A stretch of 59,220 nt of DNA, the filler included. It is 5 parts of 5 records of this genome, joined end to end, with 100 filler letters (N's around TTAATTAATTAA, not from the genome) between each part and the next. Parts side by side here need not be neighbours in the genome. Positions count along the whole stretch, not along the records: positions 31,325 to 59,220 come from DRR723986_4120; 4 more parts are not named here. One strand, 5' to 3'. The number at the start of each line of letters is the position of its first letter. Position 1 is the first letter of the stretch. The position numbers and the translations under genes are program-made. A model generated the notes under the pieces. The model was not told the origin of the DNA and did not search any database. It saw nothing but the letters and a program-made list of their open reading frames with translations. Positions 49,375-58,115 of this stretch are shown here, one piece after another.

Positions 49375-50601
49375 ATGCGACGAATAGCAAAGGCTGGTGC
49401 GCTTGGATTTGTCATGGCGGCGATCATTGCTACCCCGGCGAGCGCGGAAGGGCAGGCCGAACTGGATTGTGACGGCGGCTTGGTCGGGTCGTTGCTCCAG
49501 GCTGTTGAGGATGTCCGCTATAAGCGAGCGAATCTCGACGATCTTTTACCAGCGTTCGACGGTGCGGCGGCCCGGTGCCCCGATAACTCCTATGCGTTGC
49601 ACTACGCGGCGGTTGCCCACCTTACCAGGGCCCAGAACCTCAATGCGTCGAAGGCTGGCGCCGATGCGATCATGCCGGAGATCGAGAAAGCGTTCAGTTA
49701 CAGCCAGGCCTTCTGGGCGCTGGAGGATCGTGACCGCAAATATACCGTGTCTCAGGGGGATGTCCTCGTTGATATGGGCCTGTCCTATTCGGAGCAGAGC
49801 GATCTGCGCCAGAACGTGATCTCGTCCCTGCTGGACATGCATGTGCGCGCCGGAAAGACCCACCCTTATCTGTCTACCGAGGAAGGCCCCGAAACCTGCG
49901 GAGATGTTCAGTATCAGGACGTGTCAGCCGCCGGCAGCTGGTTCACCCGGAATGGGCGGCTCGGACATGTCGCCGTGCCGTTTGCGGAACGCATGGCCAG
50001 CGCCTGTAAAATGACCGGGCAGTTGAGCAGCACGCCAAACCTCGCTCGCAAATCGCTCGCCAACTCACAACTGAGTTGGGCGCGGTTTATTGTTGAAGAT
50101 GACCCTGAGACGGCTCGTGACCTGATCGAAAAAGTGAAAGTCTACAGGGATGCCATTCTGGGGCCGGGCGAAACGACGAATTACAACTGGCGCGATTTCA
50201 ATGCCAGAACGCTGGCGGAAGTCGAAAAAGCCCTGCCTCAGCCGGTCGTCGTTCCTACCGACACTCTGGACCCGCTTGTGTCAGCCGGGCCTGTCCCCGC
50301 AGAAGACTGGTTCAGCGCAATGGCGGACGATGCGCAAGTGATGGAATCCATGGGGCGCACCATGGATGCCTATGTCACTGCGCGTGGAAGTTCAGGATTT
50401 TATTCCGTTATCGGAAAAATGTTTGGCGCCACGGTACATGTGCCGGACAGGAAGGCAGCCTGCAATCTCATCTATCGCGCCGCCGCCGCCTATCAGCAGG
50501 GCAGTTGGCGGTCTCCAGAGACAGCGGGCGTGGAGGTGCCCATGTCGACGATCGCGTGGCTGGAAAACTGGGAACCGGCACCCGCTATGGACAGCCAATA
50601 G
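49375..50601 (+). CDS. Secreted hypothetical protein (helical, Cys pairs)
   Basis: Signal peptide ending ASA; GGAG RBS; 408-aa ORF. Confidence 0.75.
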   Translation: MRRIAKAGALGFVMAAIIATPASAEGQAELDCDGGLVGSLLQAVEDVRYKRANLDDLLPAFDGAAARCPDNSYALHYAAVAHLTRAQNLNASKAGADAIMPEIEKAFSYSQAFWALEDRDRKYTVSQGDVLVDMGLSYSEQSDLRQNVISSLLDMHVRAGKTHPYLSTEEGPETCGDVQYQDVSAAGSWFTRNGRLGHVAVPFAERMASACKMTGQLSSTPNLARKSLANSQLSWARFIVEDDPETARDLIEKVKVYRDAILGPGETTNYNWRDFNARTLAEVEKALPQPVVVPTDTLDPLVSAGPVPAEDWFSAMADDAQVMESMGRTMDAYVTARGSSGFYSVIGKMFGATVHVPDRKAACNLIYRAAAAYQQGSWRSPETAGVEVPMSTIAWLENWEPAPAMDSQ

Positions 50602-51733
50602 CCTTGGCGAGAATGTTCCGGTGCACTTCGCTGGTGCCGGAATAGATCGTCGCGGCGCGGGTGGCCAGGTATTTGGCCTGTGCGAAATCGCTGTCCGGCG
50701 CTGCTTCGAGCGCGGCTTGCGTGATCGCCTGGTGCAGCTCTGTCGCCAACAGTTTCAGCTGCGAGGAGGCCGGTCCGCCCACCAGTGTGCCAACCCCGTT
50801 GAACGTTCGCTCATCCAGCGCTTCGAGCGCGTCGATCCGCATCTCCAGTTCGGCAAAGCGCATCTGGAGCGAGGCGGGCAGGGCGCCGCTCGTTGCAGCG
50901 TTCCGGCGCGCGGCGCGCATCGCCCGGCGCAGCAGGCCGGTTGTCGTGTTGTTGCCGCGCGCGATGGACATCAGCTGCTTGGCCGTTTTCCAGCCTTCGC
51001 CGATCTCGCCGATCCGGTCTGCCACGGGGGTACGTACGCCGTTGAAGAACACTTCGTTCGTTTCGTACTCGCCATCGATGAACCTGATCGGGCGCACTTC
51101 TATCCCCGGACGGTCCATCTCCACCAGCAGGAAGACGACGCCTTTGCCGCCATGTTCGCCCGGATCACAGCGGGCCAGCAGGAACATGTGTGTCGCGTAC
51201 TGGGCAAAGCTCGTCCAGATCTTGCTGCCGGTCAGGATGAAATCGTCGCCGTCGCGCTCCGCTTTCATCGACAGGGCCGACAGGTCAGATCCTGCCTGCG
51301 GCTCGGAGAAGCCCTGGCACCATTCATGCTCGCCATTCAGGATGGCGGGCAGGTAGCGGGTTTTCTGTTCCGGCGTGCCGGCTTCGATGATCAGGGGACC
51401 AATCGTCCGCACCCCGGAATTCATCAGGATCGGGGCATCGCGGGCCGCGCACGCATTTTCGAAATAGATGCGCTGTTCCGCACTCCACCCCGCGCCGCCA
51501 TGTTCCACCGGCCAGGTCGGCGCGTACCAGCCGCGCGTATTCAGCTTTTCCCGCCAGATCCGGCACGCTTCCGCATCGGACTTCAGCCCTGTCGTCCGCC
51601 GCCCAGCTTCGCGCAGGTCTTCGGTCAGTTCGCGGTCCAGAAATTCGTCTACTCCGGCGCAGAACTCGTCCCACTCACGCTCGTCCTCTCGAGTATGAGC
51701 CGACAATTCTTCCGAGTAAAAGCTGCCATCCAT
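50585..51733 (-). CDS. Acyl-CoA dehydrogenase family protein
   Basis: WPVEHGG, WCQGFSEPQAGSDL, GSKIWTS, NEVFF, TIYSGTSEVHRNI. Confidence 0.92.
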   Translation of the reverse strand: MDGSFYSEELSAHTREDEREWDEFCAGVDEFLDRELTEDLREAGRRTTGLKSDAEACRIWREKLNTRGWYAPTWPVEHGGAGWSAEQRIYFENACAARDAPILMNSGVRTIGPLIIEAGTPEQKTRYLPAILNGEHEWCQGFSEPQAGSDLSALSMKAERDGDDFILTGSKIWTSFAQYATHMFLLARCDPGEHGGKGVVFLLVEMDRPGIEVRPIRFIDGEYETNEVFFNGVRTPVADRIGEIGEGWKTAKQLMSIARGNNTTTGLLRRAMRAARRNAATSGALPASLQMRFAELEMRIDALEALDERTFNGVGTLVGGPASSQLKLLATELHQAITQAALEAAPDSDFAQAKYLATRAATIYSGTSEVHRNILAKAIGCP

Positions 51734-51877
51734 GATGCACTCCCTCCACCGGAGTAGACGCACCATTACCGCGCGGCACGGCAGAATCGGCAATCAGGGA
51801 AACTACGTGGGTGACGGAGGGGGAAGGCGGGCGGAATTCGATATATTCCGCCCTTTGATGTTGGCCTCAGGCCGCCT

Positions 51878-52951
51878 TTAGAAGCCCTTGGCTTTCACGC
51901 GATCGCGGCCAGCATTCTTGGCCTCGTAGAGGAAGTGATCGGCCTGTTCGATCATGTCACGCGGCGTCATGCCGGGCTCGAAGCGCACAAGGCCGAAGGA
52001 GGCGGTCACGTCCTTGATCGTCTTCAGCGTGCCCTCGATCGGCGTTTCGGTGCTTTTGAAGTTGTACTTGATCTTCACGAGCAAATTGTAGGCTGAGAAC
52101 AGGTCCGTTTCCGGAAGGATGATCGCGAATTCCTCGCCGCCATAGCGGGCGACCATGTCCTGGCCCTTGATGTTTTGCGTCACAATAGCAGCGAACTGCT
52201 GCAGCACGGCATCGCCGACCTGGTGGCCATAGGTGTCGTTGACCGCCTTGAAATGGTCGATGTCGGCGAGGGCAAGACACAGTTTTTCACCGGTCTCGGC
52301 AGCGGCCTGGACTTCGCGCTCCAGGCGCTCGTCAAAGGCGCGGCGATTGGCAATCGCGGTCAGCGGGTCGCGCATGCACTGGGTCTGGACTTCCTCCAGC
52401 TCCTGATTGAGCGTGGCGATCTGCTTTTGCGACTCCATCAGGCCCTGGTTCAGCTCGCGGGTCGTTTGGGCCATGCGCTGATTGTCTTGCATGAGGGTGG
52501 AGACCAGAGAGGCGAGGTTGTCGGACGACACGGCCCCAGGCAGGGCGCTGTTGGCCTTGTCCAGCGAGGCGCCGAATTCGTCGCTGTTCTGAACACCTTG
52601 CTGGATAATCTTCATGACTTCATCGATTTCCTTTTCGATGGCCATGCCAATTGTATGACGCGCAGAAACAGCGGCAGGTTCCTCGGTCAGCAGCTCCCGG
52701 AAAATTGAGTTGATGTCGAAAGGCGTCAGGGTGCCATGTTCGGCAAGGGCGCTGTCCACCCGTTCAGTCACGCGCGGGTCAGCGGCCTCCACATAGGCAT
52801 ACCAGACAGCGTAGGTCTTGGGATCCGGCGGGGTGCGGTGCTTCTGGATCAGGTCGAACGCGCGCTGCGCATTCCGGAATACCTGCTTCAGATCGGAGGC
52901 TGGCGCGGGTTTTGGCGCAGCCTCTTTTTGCGTCGCGACAGCAGCATCCAT
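51878..52951 (-). CDS. Diguanylate cyclase (GGDEF; DgcB/VdcA-like architecture)
   Basis: DPLT.IANRR, DIDHFKAVNDTYGH, ARYGGEEF; N-terminal PPDPKTYAVWY plus coiled coil. Confidence 0.93.
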   Translation of the reverse strand: MDAAVATQKEAAPKPAPASDLKQVFRNAQRAFDLIQKHRTPPDPKTYAVWYAYVEAADPRVTERVDSALAEHGTLTPFDINSIFRELLTEEPAAVSARHTIGMAIEKEIDEVMKIIQQGVQNSDEFGASLDKANSALPGAVSSDNLASLVSTLMQDNQRMAQTTRELNQGLMESQKQIATLNQELEEVQTQCMRDPLTAIANRRAFDERLEREVQAAAETGEKLCLALADIDHFKAVNDTYGHQVGDAVLQQFAAIVTQNIKGQDMVARYGGEEFAIILPETDLFSAYNLLVKIKYNFKSTETPIEGTLKTIKDVTASFGLVRFEPGMTPRDMIEQADHFLYEAKNAGRDRVKAKGF

Positions 52952-53011
52952 AACCAATGGCCTCCCTCAGAACTCAACTCTCCAACAGGGTCGCTGATTA
53001 GAGGAATTGGT

Positions 53012-53027
53012 TTGATCGAGGGTTAAC
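53012..53027. promoter_or_regulatory. CtrA-like box upstream of the GGDEF gene
   Basis: TTGA-N7-TTAAC with several further TTAA half-sites to about 53156. Confidence 0.45.
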
Positions 53028-53168
53028 AGGAGATGGCCACAAAGCCTTAATTTCTGGAAGAATTCTATTGTCAGTGGTCTGAAACAACCCGGGGTGATCT
53101 CGTCCGTCTACCTATGATATTTTGGTGTTGTTAACGTGGTTGCAATCCCGATTAATCTCCATCTCGCA

Positions 53169-53540
53169 TCATGCCAGACCCGGCCGCCATGCTTCCTGTA
53201 TATGTTGCGGCAGTTTGCGGGGCGCGAGCGCGATCAGGTCACAGCGCCAGCCGCAATCTGAAAGGGCCGGGTGGCGTGCCATCCCGTGATCTGCTGCCCG
53301 TGCGATCTGCTGCCAGCTGGCCGGTGTCACGGCGCCTGCGGCAATTTGAACTTCAGTCCGGAATGTCACTTCAAAGAACGCGACGAGGCTCCCGCGCTTC
53401 GCGATCGGGTCGATCTCTCCCATGGGCGTGGGCAAGCGCCGCTCGGGTATACGGTCGCCTTGGGCGTGCAGGTAAAGCGCCGCCAATCGCTCCCCGTTGC
53501 GCCCGCGTTTCTCCGCGGCTTGCCGCCTTGCTTCGGCCAT
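53169..53540 (-). CDS. yraN: YraN (UPF0102) family protein, apparently degenerate
   Basis: G..GE.LA..YL...G, GEID.IA, but EVT in place of EVK; near rsmI. Confidence 0.8.
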   Translation of the reverse strand: MAEARRQAAEKRGRNGERLAALYLHAQGDRIPERRLPTPMGEIDPIAKRGSLVAFFEVTFRTEVQIAAGAVTPASWQQIARAADHGMARHPALSDCGWRCDLIALAPRKLPQHIQEAWRPGLA

Positions 53541-53645
53541 CGGCTGCTCGCTCCCGACGCCCGGTGCCTATCGGAAGCGTTGGTTGTCGTCTGTCAACCA
53601 GATGTTACGATCCCGGCAGGTGCACCTCTGGGGGAGGAGGCGGAC

Positions 53646-54142
53646 ATGAGCATCGATATTGTCTACATGCGGAAGGACCTGATCCGGTCCTGGCGCGCGG
53701 CGGTGGAGGAGGTTGCCGCCGAAAAGCGGTATCTCGGCCGCGTCACGCTTCCGCCTTTCGATCCGGAGCGCGCCTTCCCGAATCATATGATCGACAATGA
53801 CCTGCCCATGTACGGCGCACTGGATGAGGGGCAGCTGGTCGGCTGGATCGATATTGTCCCTGTCGAGATTCCGGAGTGCCGCCACCGGGGCATTCTGGGC
53901 ATGGGCCTTCTCGCCTCCCATCGCGGGGCGGGTACGGGGGCAGCCGGCTGGTGTCGGCAGCGCTCGCCCATGCGCCGCGCTCGGGGATATCAAAGGTCGA
54001 GCTGGTCGTGTTCGACAGCAACCAGCGCGCGGCGGATCTGTTCCGGAAATTCGGCTTCAGCCAGATCGGAATTTCCCGCGATTACAGGCGTGTGGATGGG
54101 GTTACCTATAATGGCATACTGATGGAGCGTTTCCTCAGCTGA
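53646..54142 (+). pseudogene. GNAT acetyltransferase, frameshifted at a G5 run (53936-53940)
   Basis: MSIDIVY...LGMGLLASHRGAGTG in one frame; GSRLVSAAL...VELVVFDSNQRAADLFRKFGF...ILME in another. Confidence 0.85.
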
Positions 54143-54149
54143 GCCGGGG

Positions 54150-55085
54150 TCAGCCATCGGCTTTCAGTTGCAGGGCGCGCTGGTAGACGTCCCGCTTCGG
54201 CAGGCCGAGGGCGTCGGCCACGGCATTGGCGGCGGCCTTGGTCGGCTGGTCGGCGAGGGCTTCGCGCAGCGCCGCATCGAGACGTTCCGGCGTGACGGCC
54301 TCCTCCAGGGGCGGGCCGGTCAGCACGACGATCTCGCCTTTCGGGCCGCCGGCTTCGGCATAGTGTTCGGCGAGGTCCGCCAGCGTGCCTCGGCGGGTTT
54401 CCTCGAACAGCTTGGTGAGTTCGCGTGTCACGGCGCCCGCCCGGCCGGGGCCCAGCACGGCGGCCATGTCCGCCAGCGTATCGGCGAGGCGCGGCCCGCT
54501 CTCATAGAAGATCAGCGTGGCCGGGACCGCCTTCAGGCTTTCGAGGCTTTGTTTCCTTGCCCCTTGTTTCGGCGGCAGAAATCCCGCGAAACAGAACCGG
54601 TCGCTGGGCAGGCCGCTGGCCACCAGCCCGGCCAGCATGGCTGAGGCGCCCGGCACCGGGAACACGCGGTGGCCGGCTTCCAGCGCTTCATGTGCCAGCT
54701 TCCAGCCGGGATCGGATACCAGTGGCGTGCCAGCATCCGAAACCAGGGCGATGCGAGCGCCTTCGGCTAGCTTGCGCAGGAGTTCGGGTCTCCTTTCCGC
54801 CCCATTGTGGTCATGATAGGGGCTGAGGCGGGCCTTAACCCCATAGACGGACAGGAGTTTCCCCGCCACGCGTGTGTCCTCGGCCAGCACTTCATCGGCT
54901 GCCGCCAGCACGTCCAGCGCGCGGAGCGTAATGTCCCGCAGGTTGCCGATCGGCGTGGAGACAACATACAGACCCGGGGACAATGATTGGGGCGGTTGCC
55001 CGTCCGGCCCGCCCCCCCTAGAGTCGCGCCAGCCAGGAATCGTCTGTGCGCCGGATGCTTCAGGAGATGTTTCAGGAGATGACAT
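54150..55085 (-). CDS. rsmI: 16S rRNA (cytidine1402-2'-O)-methyltransferase; start uncertain
   Basis: LYVVSTPIGNLRDITLRA, AEDTR, VSDAGTPLVSDPG, RELTKLFEE, KGEIV. Confidence 0.96.
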   Translation of the reverse strand: MSSPETSPEASGAQTIPGWRDSRGGGPDGQPPQSLSPGLYVVSTPIGNLRDITLRALDVLAAADEVLAEDTRVAGKLLSVYGVKARLSPYHDHNGAERRPELLRKLAEGARIALVSDAGTPLVSDPGWKLAHEALEAGHRVFPVPGASAMLAGLVASGLPSDRFCFAGFLPPKQGARKQSLESLKAVPATLIFYESGPRLADTLADMAAVLGPGRAGAVTRELTKLFEETRRGTLADLAEHYAEAGGPKGEIVVLTGPPLEEAVTPERLDAALREALADQPTKAAANAVADALGLPKRDVYQRALQLKADG

Positions 55086-56389
55086 TGCTGCAACCATTGC
55101 TCAGGACGATCAAAGCGCCAAGCTTTCTTCTCATCGGTTTCCTGTTCGCCACCGCCTGTGCCAGCGCGCCTGCGCGTCCGCCAGTCCAGATCGGCACCGG
55201 AAGCCCGCGGGTAGAGCCGGTGACCGGCCCGACGGAAGGGCCGGAAGAGGGCGTCGACGTCACGGATCTGGGCGAGCCGGAAGACCTGACCCAGGTTGTC
55301 GGCGATGGCGGCCTGACGCCAGCCTTCATGGAAGGGCGCGAGATCAAGCGCGCCGCCGTGCTGCTGCCGTTTTCCCACCCGAATGCCCAGGTCCGCAATG
55401 AAGCGGAAAGCATGCTGGCCGGGATCGAGCTGGCGCTGTTCCAGTATGCCGGTGACAATTTCCTGATCATACCGAAGGACACGGCCGGCAAGACCTCCAT
55501 CACCGAAGCGCGCATCGACGAGGCCATTCAGGAGAAGGCCAATGTCGTGCTGGGCCCGCTGTTCGGCGCCAATGTCAAAGCCATCCGCGAGCGCGCGCAG
55601 GACAAGAAGATCCCCGTCATTGCCTTCTCGACCGACCGCTCCGCTGCAGGTGGCGGCTCATACCTGGCCTCTGTCTCGCCGGAAGAGGAAGTGCGCCGAA
55701 TGGTCGAATATGCTGCCGGGCAGGGCATTTTCAGCTATGTTTTCCTCGGGCCGCAGACCGCCTATGGCCGCCAGGTCGAGAACGCCCTTCGCACTGAAGC
55801 CTTCAATAATGGCGGCGTGGTGCTGACCTCCGCCTTCTACATGCCGCAGACCGGCGCCACCGAAGCGGCCCGGTCAGTTTCCGAGATCCTCAAATCCGAG
55901 ATCGAGGTCCGTCCGAGAAACAAGATTGCCGTGATGATTCCGGAGCGCGGCGTGCAGCTGCTCTCTATCGCGCCGCTGCTGCCTTACAACGGCGTCGACA
56001 TGACTCATGTCACCCTGATGGGCACCAGCCTGTGGAGCGATGAATCCATCTGGCGCGAGCCAACGCTGGATGGCGCCGTCTATCCGACGCCCGATCCGGA
56101 AAACCTCACCACATTCCGCGAAGCCTATCGCCGCATCTACGGCAAGGCACCGACAGACCTCGCCGCCGTTGCCTATGACGCGGCCGCTGTCGCCGTGCGC
56201 CTCGCGGCGGAAGACAACCTCAAATACAATGGCGTGACGGATCCCGACGGCTTCTTCGGCGTTAACGGCCTGTTCCGCTTCCGCCTTGACGGCACCAGCC
56301 AGCGCGGCCTCGCCGTGATGCAGATCCGCCCCACCGGCGCAGAGCTGATCGAGAAGGGCGCCAGCCAGTTTGGCCCGGGGCCGAGCTGA
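55079..56389 (+). CDS. Penicillin-binding protein activator (LpoA/LppC-like lipoprotein); start uncertain
   Basis: Lipobox FATAC; AVLLP, VLGPLF, AYDA, GFFGVNGLFRF..DG..QRGLAV; divergent from rsmI. Confidence 0.88.
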   Translation: MTLLQPLLRTIKAPSFLLIGFLFATACASAPARPPVQIGTGSPRVEPVTGPTEGPEEGVDVTDLGEPEDLTQVVGDGGLTPAFMEGREIKRAAVLLPFSHPNAQVRNEAESMLAGIELALFQYAGDNFLIIPKDTAGKTSITEARIDEAIQEKANVVLGPLFGANVKAIRERAQDKKIPVIAFSTDRSAAGGGSYLASVSPEEEVRRMVEYAAGQGIFSYVFLGPQTAYGRQVENALRTEAFNNGGVVLTSAFYMPQTGATEAARSVSEILKSEIEVRPRNKIAVMIPERGVQLLSIAPLLPYNGVDMTHVTLMGTSLWSDESIWREPTLDGAVYPTPDPENLTTFREAYRRIYGKAPTDLAAVAYDAAAVAVRLAAEDNLKYNGVTDPDGFFGVNGLFRFRLDGTSQRGLAVMQIRPTGAELIEKGASQFGPGPS

Positions 56390-56449
56390 TCCAGTCAATC
56401 TGTCAGGCAATTTGACGGGGAACCCCACGTAAACTGCCTGCATCCCTCC

Positions 56450-56478
56450 CTTGCACGTGTGTAATCCGCGCCCCACAT
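56450..56478 (+). promoter_or_regulatory. Sigma32 (RpoH)-like promoter of dnaJ
   Basis: CTTG-N17-CCCCACAT. Confidence 0.55.
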
Positions 56479-56525
56479 GACGCGACAGGGCAAAGGACTA
56501 GAGAGAAACGGCGAGCCATTCATCC

Positions 56526-57680
56526 ATGAGCAAGCGCGATTATTACGAGGTTCTTGGCGTCTCACGCGATGTCGATGAGAAGGCGCTGAAATCCGCCTAC
56601 CGCAAGCTGGCCATGAAATACCACCCGGACCAGAATCCGGGCGATCACGAAGCTGAAGAGAAGTTCAAGGAAGTCGGCGAGGCCTATGCGATCCTCTCCG
56701 ATGCGCAGAAGCGCGCGGCCTATGACCAGTTCGGCCATGGCGCCTTCGAAAACGGCATGGGCGGCGGCAATCCGTTCGGTGCGGGCGTCCACCCAGAAGA
56801 CATTTTCCAGGACCTGTTCAGTCAGGTCTTCGGCGCAGGCGGGTTTGGCGGAGGACGTCGCCGTGCAGGCCCTCAACGCGGGGCCGACCTGCGCTACGAC
56901 CTCGAGATCACCCTCGCCGAGGCGTATTCCGGCAAGGACGAAACCATTCACGTGCCCCAGGCCGTCGACTGCAAGACCTGCGAAGGGTCGGGCGCCGCGC
57001 CGGGCACCGAGCCTGAAACCTGCGACACGTGCGGCGGCGCAGGCCGCGTGCGTGCCCAGCAGGGCTTCTTCACGATGGAACGCACCTGCCCGCGCTGTAA
57101 CGGCAAGGGCAAGACCATCAAGAAGCCGTGCAAGGATTGCGGCGGCGCCGGCCAGGTGCGCGAAGAGCGCACATTGAACGTGAAGATCCCCGCCGGCGTC
57201 GAAAGCGGCATGCGTATCCGTCTCGCCGGCGAAGGCGAAGCCGGGGCCAATGGCGGCGGCAAGGGCGACCTCTACATCTTCGTCGATGTCGTCGAGCATG
57301 ACATTTTCGAACGCGACGGGCCGAACCTCTATTGCCGCGCCCCGGTGCCGATGGTGACGGCGGCCCTTGGCGGCGAGATCGAGATCCCGACCATCGATGG
57401 CGGCCGCGCCCGCGTCGTGGTGCCGGAAGGCGCCCAGACCGGCCGCAAGCTGCGTCTGCGCGGCAAGGGCATGCCGTCGGTGCGCCAGTCGGGCCATACC
57501 GGTGACCTGTTCGTTGAGATGTTCGTTGAAACGCCGCGCAACCTGACACCCCGCCAGAAAGACATCCTGCGGGAATTCTGCGACTGTTCCGGCGCCGACT
57601 GCCACCCGGAAAGCGAAGGCTTTCTCGGCCGCATCAAACGCTTCTGGAACGGCGATCACGAAGAAGACCGCCCGAACTAG
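56526..57680 (+). CDS. dnaJ: Chaperone DnaJ
   Basis: J domain with HPD, G/F region, four CxxCxGxG repeats. Confidence 0.98.
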   Translation: MSKRDYYEVLGVSRDVDEKALKSAYRKLAMKYHPDQNPGDHEAEEKFKEVGEAYAILSDAQKRAAYDQFGHGAFENGMGGGNPFGAGVHPEDIFQDLFSQVFGAGGFGGGRRRAGPQRGADLRYDLEITLAEAYSGKDETIHVPQAVDCKTCEGSGAAPGTEPETCDTCGGAGRVRAQQGFFTMERTCPRCNGKGKTIKKPCKDCGGAGQVREERTLNVKIPAGVESGMRIRLAGEGEAGANGGGKGDLYIFVDVVEHDIFERDGPNLYCRAPVPMVTAALGGEIEIPTIDGGRARVVVPEGAQTGRKLRLRGKGMPSVRQSGHTGDLFVEMFVETPRNLTPRQKDILREFCDCSGADCHPESEGFLGRIKRFWNGDHEEDRPN

Positions 57681-57752
57681 GCCGCCCCGAACCAGGCCGA
57701 TATGGCCGCAAGTTCATTTGCCTGATGGGCAGGGCGCGCCCATCTGAAGGCC

Positions 57753-58115
57753 ATGTTCAAGCGCATCCCTTCCGCCCCGCCCGGGATTGTTGCCTTCGAT
57801 GCCGAGGGCAAGATCGTCGATTCCGATTACAAGACGATCCTCGTTCCTGCCGTCGATGCGGCCATCAAGGAACACGGCAAAGTGCGCATCCTGATCCGGT
57901 TTGGCCGCGAATTCGAAACCTACACCGCCCACGCCATGCTGGACGATGCGGTCTTCGGTACGGCGCACTACACCGCATTCGAGCGCATCGCGATGGTCAA
58001 CGACATTGGCTGGCTCGCCAATTCCATGCGCTTCTTTGCGCCGCTCATTCCGGGCGAGATGCGGGTGTTCCCGCTCGCTTCCCTGGATGAAGCCATGGCC
58101 TGGACGGCAGCTTAG
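57753..58115 (+). CDS. SpoIIAA-like (STAS/SEC14) domain protein
   Basis: GKIVDSDY, KVRILI, FERIAMVND..W, RVFP...LDEAMAW. Confidence 0.85.
   Translation: MFKRIPSAPPGIVAFDAEGKIVDSDYKTILVPAVDAAIKEHGKVRILIRFGREFETYTAHAMLDDAVFGTAHYTAFERIAMVNDIGWLANSMRFFAPLIPGEMRVFPLASLDEAMAWTAA

Noticed and set aside
53271..54122. 283-aa ORF as one gene
   Set aside because: Combines antisense yraN sequence, the GNAT N-terminal half and an out-of-frame tail
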